The translations under genes and the position numbers were made by a program. A stretch of 64,000 bases of DNA from Camelus dromedarius (taxonomy: Eukaryota): positions 87,360,001-87,424,000 of the forward strand of contig NC_087437.1 in the NCBI RefSeq assembly GCF_036321535.1, in the 5' to 3' direction. Below the pieces are notes generated by a model. It was not told the DNA's origin. It was given only the letters and a program-made list of their open reading frames with translations, and did no database searches. This document shows positions 51,930-64,000 of this stretch, one piece after another (position 1 is the stretch's first letter; the number at the start of each line of letters is the position of its first letter).

Positions 51930-52060
51930 GGGGGAGGCATGTGACTCCATGGAGCTCAGACAGATGACAGTGAAATTCTGGCTAGAGACTAGAGCTCCTT
52001 GGTCTTGGTCCAGTGTCATTTTTATTTACTTGTTAACCCTGAGACATTGTGAACTTAGAC
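51930..52060 (+). mobile_element. MIR fragment
   Basis: 'ctggctagagactagag...ttggtccagtgtcatttttatttact..gagacattgtgaactta'. Confidence 0.45.
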
Positions 52061-52878
52061 TTTCTGATTATTTAAGTGTTCAAGGCCACCAAACAAATTA
52101 TTTTCTTTAAAAATGTGGAAAGCCCTGAAGATTTGTTAAAGAGCATACCCATGAATAAATGATCAAAAAGCATTGAAGTACCCTGCCTTTCCAACTCTTG
52201 GTTGATGGTAATCATAATTTTAATATTTACTGTAATTTGTGTTCCTCCTACACCCAGAATATAAGCTGTAGGAGTGAATGCTATTTGTATACTGTGCAAT
52301 GATACATTCCAATTTCCTAGAACAACACACCTGGGACTTAGCAAGTCCTAGATAAATATTTATAGAATAAAAGTTGAACCCATTTGTGAGCTTTGGTGCG
52401 TGTGATCGGGCACATTGGGTGTTAGCATTTTTATTCTCTTAAGGGATCACAAATAAGAACATGGGCCACCAATTCTTTTTTCCACACCAAAATGGTATTA
52501 AAAATGTCTTCATGCCCTATAATGCCAATTTAATAAAATCAAACTGGTTCATCGTTAACAACCTCCTTTAATAATAGAACAGAGAGAAGAAACAGAACTC
52601 ATATGGTAGAACAATTTGAGAACATTATTTTAAATTATGTTGTTAAAGTCCTCCTTGTCACTTTTGTGCAGATAACACAAGCTGATTCTAGCTCATCTCT
52701 TTCTATAGTCCTCTGGGATAGCTGATTAGGAGAGATAAACGGTTATAGATCAAGTCAGAGGAAAAGAGGCAAAGAATGAAAAAAATCTACAATTTTATCA
52801 TTAGCTCTTGAGTGAATTTTATATCAGACTCTAGAAAAGGAGGCTGTAGAGATCAACAGGTTTAATTTACATTGGCAT

Positions 52879-52915
52879 TGTGTGTGTGCATGTGTGTGTG
52901 CGCGCACGCGCGTGC
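52879..52915. repeat. Alternating purine-pyrimidine (TG/CG) tract
   Basis: tgtgtgtgtgcatgtgtgtgtgcgcgcacgcgcgtgc. Confidence 0.9.
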
Positions 52916-53877
52916 CTGTGTTGTATCTATAGACATTCCTTGTACATTTGACCTATCCATTTTGGAATGCTGTCTCTGCCTTACACTGTCAGAGGAGGGT
53001 ATTTTTGTTTACTTTGCTTCCTAAAGAATGTACGTTCCATTTGGTAAACAAAAAGTGAAAATTCGAAGCAAATGTAACTAGGAGGACAGCTTAACCAGGA
53101 AAATTGAAAAACACACAAACAAGGCTATCACTTACTACTCACTCTCTTCTCCACCCCGTTTCTGGGGTGATTTATTTTCTCTTGCATAATGTTTTCATGG
53201 TATGATAGAGAATGATCTTGTGGAGGGCCCCCTGCCTTCAACCTCCAGGCACAGAATCTTAGCTAACTCTTCAAACAAAGAGTATACAAATTTGTAAAAA
53301 AGGTTTCTAGATTGCTCCTTTTCAAAAATATAAAAGAGATATATATTTCATCTCCATTTTGTATATGTTTAAATAAATCCAGTACACCTATAAATAACCC
53401 TTGTTAACACATTTCAGAAGAATTAACGATCCTTTAGTATCTTTTTCCATATGCCATTGTTTTAGGAATCTTAATCAGATTTTAAAAGCCGACATGAAAA
53501 TAAAGGAAATAACTATTTTTACTGTGGAACTTGTTTTCAAGTAATTTTTTGTGAAGGTACAAGATAAGTAATCATAAGAGTTTCAATCACTACAGTATCA
53601 GGATGTAAAATGTTCTATTATTTGTTTTATGTTTGTATTTATTTTTGTTTGTTTTGTTATTTTTTTCTTTGCTTTTGGTACTGTATAATTATAATAGTCC
53701 TTTTTTGTGCAGGTATTTTTTCATTTTCAGTGTCTATATCTTTGAACATGTTTATGCTGTGGCATTGATTTTAAGTGTGTACACTGATATTTTAAAATTA
53801 TGACTTGATGAACAGGAGGCACTTGATAATTTTCTTGTTTAAAGGATACCTGGAGTTCAGAACACTAATGGAGGAAC

Positions 53878-53917
53878 TGTGTGCGCACACGCACACACAC
53901 ACACACACACACACACG
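53878..53917. repeat. (CA)n microsatellite
   Basis: gtgtgcgcacacgcacacacacacacacacacacacacg. Confidence 0.95.
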
Positions 53918-54284
53918 AAATTCTGCAGAGAAGAAAGAAGTTATATATATCCTTACCTTTGGACTAAAACAATTTATCTATGTCTTTAAATACGGGAGAA
54001 AAAAGAAAAACAATTTTTTAAAAGACCAAAAGTTGCACGCAATACTTGTGAAGGAGATTTAAGTAGATGCACTGTGTTTACTCTTCTCACAGTCAAACAA
54101 GTATCTTGAAAGTTTTCAGTGTGATTTTTTTTTAAGTGAAAAAAAAAAAAAAAACCAACCCATAATGCTTAGAAATATATATCCACACTTCAAATCCTAA
54201 ATCCAGTATATGAATTTAGGTTTCTTTCCTTCCTTCTCTCTTTCCTTCATTCCTCCTTACCCTCCATTGCTCCATTACTGTCAC

Positions 54285-54510
54285 ATTTCCATCTATCCAT
54301 AGACGTTTATTGAGCTAGATATTCTTCTATTCTAGGAGTTGAGGAATATATAACTGAATAAGTCAATTAGGGTCACTGCTGTAATGGAGCTTAACAATTT
54401 CTTTTCAGTGAAATATGTGTAATAATGTCTATCTCATATAGTTATTTTTCATGATAAAATAAGTACAATGTTTGAAAGGATTTAGCTAAATGTCTATCGT
54501 CTAGAACAAA
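54285..54510. mobile_element. L2 3' fragment (minus) followed by a MIR fragment (plus)
   Basis: 'gtttattgagc...ctaggagttgagga...gtcactgctgtaatggagctta', then 'aataatgtctatctcatatagttatt...ataaaataag'. Confidence 0.55.
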
Positions 54511-56019
54511 GCCTGAAGGAGTAGTAGATACTTCCTAACGAATAGGTTCCTATTTTCCAGTTGGCCTCTATGGGAACTACTAATATCCCCTATTCTTACA
54601 TAACTTTCAAATCTAAGAAACTAGATGGATCCTTGACTGCTCTCTGGTCCAGACCAGTGGGCCGGCTGAAACAAGGCCCTTTATAATTCTCAGTCTTTAG
54701 ATCTACTGAGAAGACTGACTTGCTATATGAATGAAATATGGTTGGATCCCCTTCCTGTTCAGTTCTCAGGCTTCACAATGCTCAGCGGGCAGTAGTCAAT
54801 TTAGTAAGGTCTTATCCATCACAACTGAAAAGATACCAGGCATTGACTTGATGAATGGAAGATAAATCATGAGAGGGTTATCCATTCAGGCAAAGCTGAA
54901 TGACACTGACAGAGCCCTGCGTGAAAGCTCATTTTGTGTTTGCCTGTACTGGCGCAAGCTTCACTTGCCAATGATATCGGTGGCTTCCCCTGTATGACGC
55001 CTTCTCTCTTTATTCCCTTCAACAAGTCACCCAGTTGGTAAGATGAAAGAAACACCAAGGAGACAAGATGCTATTATGATCTAAAAATTCAAGTTCAAAA
55101 TGTATTTTGTCTTTGTTCTTCGCTACAACAAAAACAAGTGCACACTTTTTGTTGTTGTTATTATGTGGGAACAGATGAAACAGCTCCAATAGATTAGACT
55201 TAGAATGTTAATGGGGCCTGGAGGCATTACTCCATGTTAAGCCTTAAGTGTTTCACTAAAATAATGTGATCACAGTGCTATTCTATTTCGAAAATAAGCA
55301 ATAAATTTCTTTGTTTATTTTAAAGCTTTCAGAAACTTTTTTTCTGTTCCACTTTGCCTATGGTATCTTCCCTATGGAAAATTTTATGGTAATCAGTCTA
55401 CACATCTGATACTATGCTACTTTCCATACTGTCATAAATTATAGTTTTCATAATTTATTATGATGTTATATGTTGTATCAATCTGATATAAATAGTAAGA
55501 AATGTCATATTCTATAACATATCAAAATCAAAATGTTATTTCTTTATGGAAGGACTACATGAAAAAAACTCATCTTTAAAGACATATCCTAAAGGCTAGT
55601 TTATAGTATATTTATCTGTATTTATATTTATTGTGCAGACATAATTAAAATCTAAAGAATATTCTTCACTTCCTGATTTTTAAAGTATTAACTTGGAAGT
55701 AAATTCCTCAATGTAGTAAAGTGCATTCATTATTGAAAATGATCAGTTGATTTAAAGGATGTACTGGTTTTTGTCACTAAAGGCAATATAATTATATTTA
55801 ACTTAAAAAAAGAAAAAATTTTCTCTTGATAATCTTACTTTGTTAACATTATAAGTACCTTTTTCATAGCTATTATTAAGTTAAACTGGTATCTCTCTCT
55901 ATTCCTGTGTATTCAATTCATTCAATATTAAATTATAGTTAGTATGGGAAGAAAATGTATTATGTACTCTTGGGAGTTAAATGACACAATTTAATTATGT
56001 ATGTATTATAATAAAGTAC

Positions 56020-56630
56020 AGGCTTGTTTAGCATAGACAATGAAGTTTCAGAGACACTGCTTGCAGATAAGATCTGGGCAAATGTCAAAATAGAAGTCAT
56101 ATTTGAAAATAAGTAGAGATTCAGATAGGGAGAGAAAACTTCAAGTAGAACAAAGTAGATTTGGAACATGTTCATGATACTGACAAAACCATGGAATAAC
56201 AGTCCTCTTCTGTAGGGATGTTGGATTTGTGTAAGAGAACAGAGTAAGAATAAGTCTGAAAACGATGTTTGGTGTGGATTTTGAAGAGCTTTGACTACTT
56301 GCTTGAGGAGCGGAAATATTTTCCAGAAGGCAATAGGGAGATGGGAAAGTTTTTGAGCATGAGTATGACATAATTGAATTTGAACATTAGAATAATCAGT
56401 GTGACAGCTCTATGCAGAGTGGGATGTTCAGGTAAACAGCGGAGAGAGGGAGAGGAAATTTTGAGCCTGCAGCAGTGGTCAGACAAAAGGGAGTGAAATG
56501 GAACTGAAGCAACAGACACAGAAGATACAAGAGGGAGAATTCACAAGGAGTAACATCATGTAGTAGAGTGAGGAAGGAAAATGAAGGTGTTGAAAGGGAG
56601 CAGCAGTTTCAAAACTGGACAAAATGGTAG
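56020..56630 (-). mobile_element. L2 fragment
   Basis: G/A-rich on plus, with 'ggcaatagggagatgggaaagtttttgagcatgagtatgacataatt..tttgaacattagaataatc'. Confidence 0.75.
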
Positions 56631-59600
56631 CACACTGTATGTAGACTTAAACAAGAATTTCATTCAAGAACTAGTGTGACTGTTGATCTCAGCATGCTCC
56701 CATTTTCAGTGACTTGTCTCATCTGGTGGTCATTTTCCAGCTTCCAAATTATTTGTAAAAATTTTTTTAATATATATTATATAGAATATATATATTACAT
56801 ATATATATGTAAGCCTTGGACACAAAATTTTGTAGAATAAGGTATTTGAAATCAGTTTCCACATTCTCTTCCATAAACTAGTACTTCCCTTAACTTTTTC
56901 TATTACATACTTAAAAATAATAATACATGGCTTAAGAAATATGATGATCCAGCAAATTTGTGTGCATGTTTTTCTCCAAACTCTTTACAGTCTTATTATT
57001 TTGTCATTAATTTTTCTCCATTGAAATGTATTAATAGAGCTTTTTCTTATAAAGTTCATTTTCAATTACAGGCTTTCCCTGTGATGAAACAAAATGCCTT
57101 AGAGCAGGTTTTAGATGAAGTCTTGGATGGAATTATGAATTGGATAAAGTGCATCACTGACAAAACTTGGAATTTCTCACTAAGTATACTAGTGACTATA
57201 GAATTACAAAAGTATGAGTGTTCATATTGGTGAGGCACAAGGTTCCTTCCTCTCTCTTCCCCTTTATTTCTGTCAACCTTCCTCCCCCACTTCTCAATCA
57301 TATCTGCCTCTCCCACCCTATCAGCGTCTCTACCCATTTCATTTTTATTCTCTAACTCTCTGACTTCTCTTTTTCTCACACCTTCTCTCATATCTTCATT
57401 CCTTTCCTTTATGTATTTATTTTATTTTTTTACTATGAATTTTCAGTAAGAATAATATTCTTACTGCAACATCGATATCCTGTGTAGTTCACATTAGAAC
57501 AGCAATTATATGAATTAATACAACATTCATTGTTAGTCAAAAAGTGCATTACTAAATATACACATTTTACTTCAAGGTGAATGTAATGTCTTAAAAAACA
57601 CACACAAAACCTATTTGAAAAAATTTATATTGCTTTAAAAAAAACTAAGGAACTGCTATATTCTTTTATTCATTTGTTTAGCTCCTTTAATATTCTCAGG
57701 TGTGATTTTACATTATAAAAACAATCATGGGTACACAAACGTCTTAATAAAAAGAAAAGCATCTTAATGATTTTGCCAACAGTACAGTAACAGTAAAATA
57801 ATTTTACATAGGAATCAATTGACTATAAGAACAGCATAAATTTACTTATAAGATATGTGGTAAAAGTCTTTTAAATTATCTTGAGTTAGATAAATTTATA
57901 TAAAATTTTAATGATATTAATCTTTAAATGTTAATTTTTAATATTTAGTTTTTTCTAAGGAACTGTTAAAAATGTACTCTGTTCATTAAGCATAAAGTTT
58001 TCAATATCTATTTTCATTATCCTCATTGCTGAGTAAATGGCTTGTCTATAACACATGGCACTAATACTATATATATGAATAATCAACACTTTGCTGCATG
58101 AAGGGCATTTTAGGTTTAAAGGCTTCATAGCCATAAAACACAATAGTTTTAGAACTAAACATGCATATTTCAAAATGAATAATTAGACAAATATGTGACT
58201 CTTTGGCATTCTCTGTTGTTCAACATTTAAAACATGTTTTAAGCTATTTGTAAAAACGGTCATATTAAAAAATACAGATTGAGTCCATATAAACTCTTAA
58301 GTGATAGAGTGTACAACATCTCAATATGGCCTCTTGCCCAGTGGTGACAGAAAAACAAATTACTGGAAACTTCCAAATGGTATATTCAAGCAGTGAACTT
58401 ATGGATTATTAAGAAGTCAAAGCTACACTGAAAAGTTTAAAATTAAGTTGTAATTGAGCTCTTTAATATCCACAGTAGCATATGATTATTTTCACTGATT
58501 TAAATAGTTTACACTTAAAATTTCTGTAGTTGGCTTAATTGAGGTGCCATTTGTGCTATGGAGTCAATGTAACATTTTAAAAAATCTGTAAAAATGTTAA
58601 TATGTAAAGATTATGGATATGCCAGATAATTCTAATGGAGTTTCAATTCAAAATTCTGAATTAAGAATTTATCTTTCATCTAATTATTACTGCACACAAG
58701 AAATACTCACCTTTTAACAAACGCTTGTGTCCTAAAAATGGGAGAATATGATCTTTTCCTGTATGTAGTAAATATAGTAATAAATAAAATACATTTCTGA
58801 GATTTCTTATAATTTTCTACTTATCTTTACTCATGATTTTACTCTCAAAGCAAAATATTTTATTAATATAATAATTAATACATGTTATAATTTCATATGA
58901 TCACTTTCTTATGGTGACTAAAACAGTTTTAAGGTTGAAGAAGAAATTAACATTACTATGTTAAACCAAACCAACTTTAATTTAAAATTAATAAGACATG
59001 AACGAATTTTAGCAAGATTCTATTGCCTTGTTTCAGATTATGATCATTTCCTTTTTATTTTTTTATCTCCCAAAGATAAATGTTTTGCCAGGCTGTCTGC
59101 TGGACATCAGGTATGAAAGGTTTCCCCAGTGGTTCCTTGCATGGAGGAGAAGATTAAGTACCCACAATATTTTGTTTGGAGCCAAGCATACATGTTTAGG
59201 AAACCAAGGATGTTCATGATTATAGTTGCTTAGGATTAGGGCACCATACTGAATTAAATCCAAGAAGGATTTAAAATATTGCAGCACCATTTTTCTGTTT
59301 TACTGAATAATTGGTAACACTAGATTACAAGATTTGCAAGCTCCCGAGTTGCTGTATTTTCATAGGGAAAGGGTTCCTTTCATTCAAACTTAATAAGCTT
59401 GGCCTCTGTCAGCTTTTCTCACATCAGCCCAAGTGTCACATTTGGGCTGGGGGAAGCTTGTTAGCAGTAATTACCAGCAGTAGGTTCTATTATTTGCCAA
59501 AGTAATTTTCACTGCTAAGTACCACCAAAACTGCCTCAAGCCTTTAATTTTTTCCCTTCCTCTTGCCTTCCTTTGCTTTCTTTTAAGTTAGTGCATTTTC

Positions 59601-60590
59601 CCATGATACTGCTCTCTGTGGTGTGGGACAAGGCAGAGGGAAGACCCTGGGTATCAATGTGCTCTTGAGACACGGGGTCAGGCCTAGCGAAAGCCTTTCA
59701 CAAACAGAGCCTGAACTCTATTAGAGATGCAAATCCACTCTCTGAGTGAGGATTGTTTCAGCCACATAATGGAGGCTGAGGAATTCCACTGTAGCTCGCC
59801 TTTCAGTGTGGGCCCTTTGTCTGCGTCTTAGCAAATTTCAGCAGCCTGTTTAAACTCCAGCTATTGTCCCCTTGGCTTCATTGATTTCTCTGCCTGCCAC
59901 CAACTCACAATGGACTGATATGAACATCTTTGTTACTGCTTTTGTACTGTATATCAGAGTAATGTTTCAGCAGTTTGAGGCCTAGGAGGAAGAATTAAAC
60001 CTGTACTACACAGAGCATGATGAATTGCAGGATTTACATATCATTTTGAGACTTTGGGGGTTGGGGTGAGGGACGGAGAGGTCGTTGCTGAATGCTGTTG
60101 TGTCTCAAAGGATGTTGTCCGAAGACAGAGTGACAGAAAAGGAAGTGATTTAGATAGTCCCTGACAGCTTAATACACAGAATACAGACAAATTGTGGAAA
60201 TTCACAGACATCCTGTCCTTTTCCTATATATAGCAGATTTGATTCTGAATCTCAGTGTGGTTCACATGATGGAGCTTAATGTGGTTGTCTCGTTTTACTC
60301 TTTGAGAACTTCAGTGGTAGAAATACTGTTATTTTAGATCCCATTATTCTTGTTTGACATAAAAATGTCCACTATTTGGGGACTCTCTCATGCTGGAGGC
60401 AAATCTTTCAATGTAAGCAGCAGTAATGATTTACAAAACATATTGTCACTTTATTCATACAATTAAGTGATCTTTATCTACTTTTAAGGTGTTTCTAAGT
60501 ATATACATTTTTTAAAGACATATTCAAGTGGTCTACAAACTATGGAATCATCTTCCTTCCAATACTGAAAGATAATTATAAAGAAATATT

Positions 60591-60796
60591 CAGTTGCATG
60601 CTAATAAATGTTTAATAGCTGGTTCTCCTGGGGAGAACAAAACTGATGTGTTGCATCTGCTATTTCTGTGATGTATATACTTCCACCATGACCAATTTCA
60701 ACTTGCCACTGTGAGGTCACTGAATGTGGAGTTGGGAAAGGAATATACCATTCGGCTTCTGTAAGCCTTACAAGGCAGTTTCCAGCACAAAAACTG
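60591..60796. mobile_element. MER63A-like (hAT-Blackjack) MITE
   Basis: cagttgcatgctaataaatgtttaa...acttccaccatgaccaatttcaa...gtcactgaatgtggagttgggaa...tccagcacaaaaactg. Confidence 0.85.
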
Positions 60797-61432
60797 GAAT
60801 ATCTGATTGCCTTTTTTTTTCTATTTTGTTATAAACCAACATCCTTCTCAATAATCTTAAAAACTTGGGAGAATGGTGCTATAGAAGTGCATCGATAACA
60901 GTGATTAAAATATTATAATTGCAGGGAGTTATCATCTAAGAGATAGTACATATATGAGTGACATAATTTATGTGCAAATTATGTTTTTTCCATTTATTTT
61001 TTAACCAGTATCTTTGGGCTCTATATGGTATGTGATTGGCATCCAAAATGAAGGGGTAGAAATGAATCTGAATAGACTCATTTTACATGCTTCAACATTC
61101 CAAGAAGTACACAGTTGGGACAGAAGGAAGTTTTCATTTCTTGATTAAAGAGAAGAATCATTTATTTGATGAATTCTGGTGAATACACTCAAAAAATAAA
61201 ATGGTATAACTTCTATTCGTATGCACATCAGGATCACAATACCTTACATGGACATCTACTTATAAAAATATGAGATTAAGAGAAATTAAAAAAAAACTTC
61301 TGTTTTATATTCCAAAAATTACTGAATTGCTTATAAATTCCAGAATATACAGTGCAGTTTCACACTTCTATACTATTGCATCTGCTGTTCTTTCTACTTT
61401 GAGTGCCCTTGCATCACGTTTATAAATTCTTT

Positions 61433-61780
61433 AGTATAAAAGTTGTGTTTACACTACACTGTAGTCTATGAAGTATGCAATAGCAACATGTCTAAAAAAG
61501 TTACATAGCTTAATTTAAAAAATACTGGACTGCTAAAAATGCAAAAAACAATTACAACAGTAACATCAAAGATCACTGATCACAGATCACAGACCACATA
61601 CCAGATATAATAATGAAAAAATTTGAAGTATCACAAGAATTATCCAAATGCGACACATAGAGTGAGCAAAGGCTATTGGAAAAATGGTGCCAAGAGATTT
61701 GTTTGACACAGGTTTGCCACAAACTTTCAATTTGTAGCAAACACAGTATTTGCAAAGCACAATAAAACAAGATATGCCTG
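61433..61780 (-). mobile_element. Internally deleted Tigger1 derivative (non-autonomous)
   Basis: The left part matches ~2431-2533 of the long Tigger1 and the right part matches ~4328-4516. It ends 'gcacaataaaacaagatatgcctg' followed by TA (61781-61782). Confidence 0.9.
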
Positions 61781-61799
61781 TACAAAAAATGTAGTAAGT

Positions 61800-63650
61800 A
61801 ACTGAATTGGGCACGGGTGATTCCCTAAGTAACATTGGGAATGAATGGAGACTATAATACTGAAGGCAAAAGTAAGTGTGTATAAAAACTGTACTCTAGT
61901 TGATAAAGCTGTTTCCCGTGGAGGAGGTTAACAATTCTGACAACACTCTATATGTGTATTAGACAGTTGAGTAAATGTATGACAATTGACAGTAGCCAGG
62001 CTTCTCATAGTCATACTGAAAGGTTACAGACAAACAAGGAGAAAAAGCTCGAATAATCCACGGAATAGAGAATTTAAGTTGAAAACATCAATATGAATTC
62101 ATGTTTACCTTAATACAGATGCACACAGAATTTTTAAGATAACTATACACATACGGTTTAGTCTACACGCCTGTATTTCCTTGTTCTATCAGCTGAGAAG
62201 GTTAAGAAGCAATGACACTCTGATATCAATGAGTGTACCTAGCTCATAGATCTTGATTTCTTTAATACTAGACTCTAAGAAAAGGAACTAAGGAGCCTTA
62301 AGAAATGGCTGATTCTAGGGATGAAGAAGAGAATATGAAAGATAAACCTAGAGAATCTTGTAGTGCCAGATAGTAAGGAACTTCTAAATAATAATAATAA
62401 TGATGATTATAATAAGGGTACATTAACTAGAGAAGCCAACTGAAATAGCTCCCCATGGTAAAAGCTGGAACAATTTTAGTAGCAATATAAATGGATTATA
62501 GTTAAAACTGTAAAATTAATATCCATAAGCCCATACTAATATAGATAAATGATCAAATAAGCAAACGTGTAGGTGAGAAAACACAAATACCCAGTATGGA
62601 AGAATTCCAAACAAGTTACATAGATACTTTCCTCAAAGGAGTGCAGCATTACTCCTCAGTTCTTAAGTGTGATCTGTGCAGTGACTTCCTTCCGTGTCCA
62701 GTATAGAAGAAAGAGAAAAAGCATGATATTGCAGTACAGTAGAGAAACTTGGCAAACACTATCTCAACCAAGTGATCAAGGTTATATCAAAATAGTCATG
62801 TTTATATATGTGTTTTGTGCGATGTGATGAAAATGGCATTTTACCTCTGTGGTCTTCCTTCTAAAAACTATGAGCTCATTTTAATCATGTGAAGAACATT
62901 AGACAAATCCCAAATGAGTTAGATTCTACAAAGCACCAACTCAGTACTCTTCAAAATTGTCAAGGTCATCAAAAACAAGCAAAATCTAAGAAGTTGTCAC
63001 AGCAAAGAGCAGTCTAAGGAGATAGCATGACTGCTATGATTTTAATGTTTGTCTCACACCCACCACCACCACCATATTTGAAATCCTATCCCCCAAAGGT
63101 GATGGTCTTTTGGAGGTGCTTAAGCCAGAAGTTGGACTCCTCATGAATGGGATTAGTACTCTAAAAAAGAAACTTCCTAGTCCTTTCTACCATGTTAGGA
63201 GATAGTGAGGAGGCACTAGCTTTGAATCAGGAAGAGGATCTTCACCAGAAGGTGACCATGCTGATGCCTTGATCTTGGACTTTACAGCCTCTAGAACTAT
63301 GAGCAGTTAAGTTTCTATTGTTCATAATCTACCCAATTGGTATTTTGTTATTACGGTCCAAATGCACTAAGACAGTGAATAATGTGATGTGGTATTGTGC
63401 ACTGGATCCAAAAACATAAAAAGAAAATTTAGTAAAAAATATGGAAATCTTCTCTGTTAATAATACCGCATCATTATTGACATCAGTTATTGTGACAAGT
63501 ATATCAAAATAATGTAAAGTGTTAAATAATAAAGGAAACTTAGGGTGGGTACATGCAAACTAGTTATCTTCTTAAACAGGGTATATGAAAACTATCTTCT
63601 TAAACCTCTAACTCTGAAACTATTCTGAATTTTAAAGTTTATTTAAAACA
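61800..63650 (+). mobile_element. Old L1 3'UTR (L1MC/L1MD-type), interrupted by MLT1A
   Basis: 'gaaacttggcaaacactatctcaaccaagtgatcaagg', 'aatggcattttacctctgtggtcttcct' and 'ctcttcaaaattgtcaaggtcatcaaaaacaag', with terminal 'aaaactattct..aaagtttatttaaaa'. Confidence 0.9.
63032..63374 (+). mobile_element. MLT1A/MLT1A0 solo LTR
   Basis: TG...CA ends (tgctatga...actaagaca), with internal 'ctcatgaatgggattagt' and 'ccttgatcttggactttacagcctctagaact'. Degenerate 5-bp TSD atgac/gtgaa. Confidence 0.92.
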
Positions 63651-64000
63651 TATAGAAAACACCCTTGATGATTGAGCCAATGTGCAAGATTTTGTATAAG
63701 TTTGTATGAACCTGAGATACAGAAGTTTCTGTCCCACTTCCTCTTTCCTTTCACGAAGTAATCCTTTCATTCCATTTCAAACTATGACATGATTGTAATA
63801 CTATTTATTGAATATTCTTCCTCCTGCTTTTCTTTTTTATCTTAGATATGGTTCTATAATTAACTCCTTGATTTTATATACATACATTTCTTTTTGCATT
63901 TTCTGACAGCCATGATCATTGTTTTATTCTGTGGACCATTTAAAAAAACACAAGAAACTCTTATTAAAATTGCAGATTTGAAGGTCCTAATCAAGTTATT

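Noticed and set aside
54640..54840. Possible LF-SINE or AmnSINE remnant
   Set aside because: Only a vague resemblance over a few bases; I could not follow a collinear match.
63538..63605. Short imperfect duplication (…tatcttcttaaac twice)
   Set aside because: Minor slippage within a dead L1 3' end, with no functional implication.
1..64000. CRISPR arrays, operons, tRNA/rRNA genes, familiar miRNAs
   Set aside because: The DNA is mammalian. I see no regular repeat-spacer array and no RNA-gene or mature miRNA sequence that I recognise.

Overview
AT-rich mammalian genomic DNA, intronic or intergenic. I recognise no protein-coding gene, RNA gene or CpG island. The ORF-track entries are decayed transposon frames or chance ORFs. 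The 3' and 5' UTRs of the youngest LINE-1 resemble cetartiodactyl L1s (from recall, not a database search), and I see no Alu, Bov-tA/Bov-A2/BovB, PRE1 or CHR SINE. Main repeats: a near-full-length Tigger1 (2331-4516); a full-length decayed L1 with target-site duplication (TSD) at 8485-14835, nested in an older L1; an internally deleted two-LTR ERVL provirus (~23495-25562); a long L2 (~38400-40620); an L1MC/MD-type 3' end interrupted by an MLT1A LTR; and many MIR, L2, MER and MLT fragments. Between them lie long repeat-poor stretches with clustered PBX-HOX, MEIS, HOX13, SOX and POU motifs, suggesting a developmental regulatory landscape (inference). The best unexplained signals are a 91-bp near-perfect hairpin (50598-50688), a tiny poly(A) retro-insertion with a 9-bp TSD (51537-51594), and several exon-shaped segments, mostly on the minus strand, including a 21-nt microexon candidate. 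I found no convincing novel biological system. Repeat subfamily names are from memory of consensus sequences, and most boundaries of old repeats are approximate.
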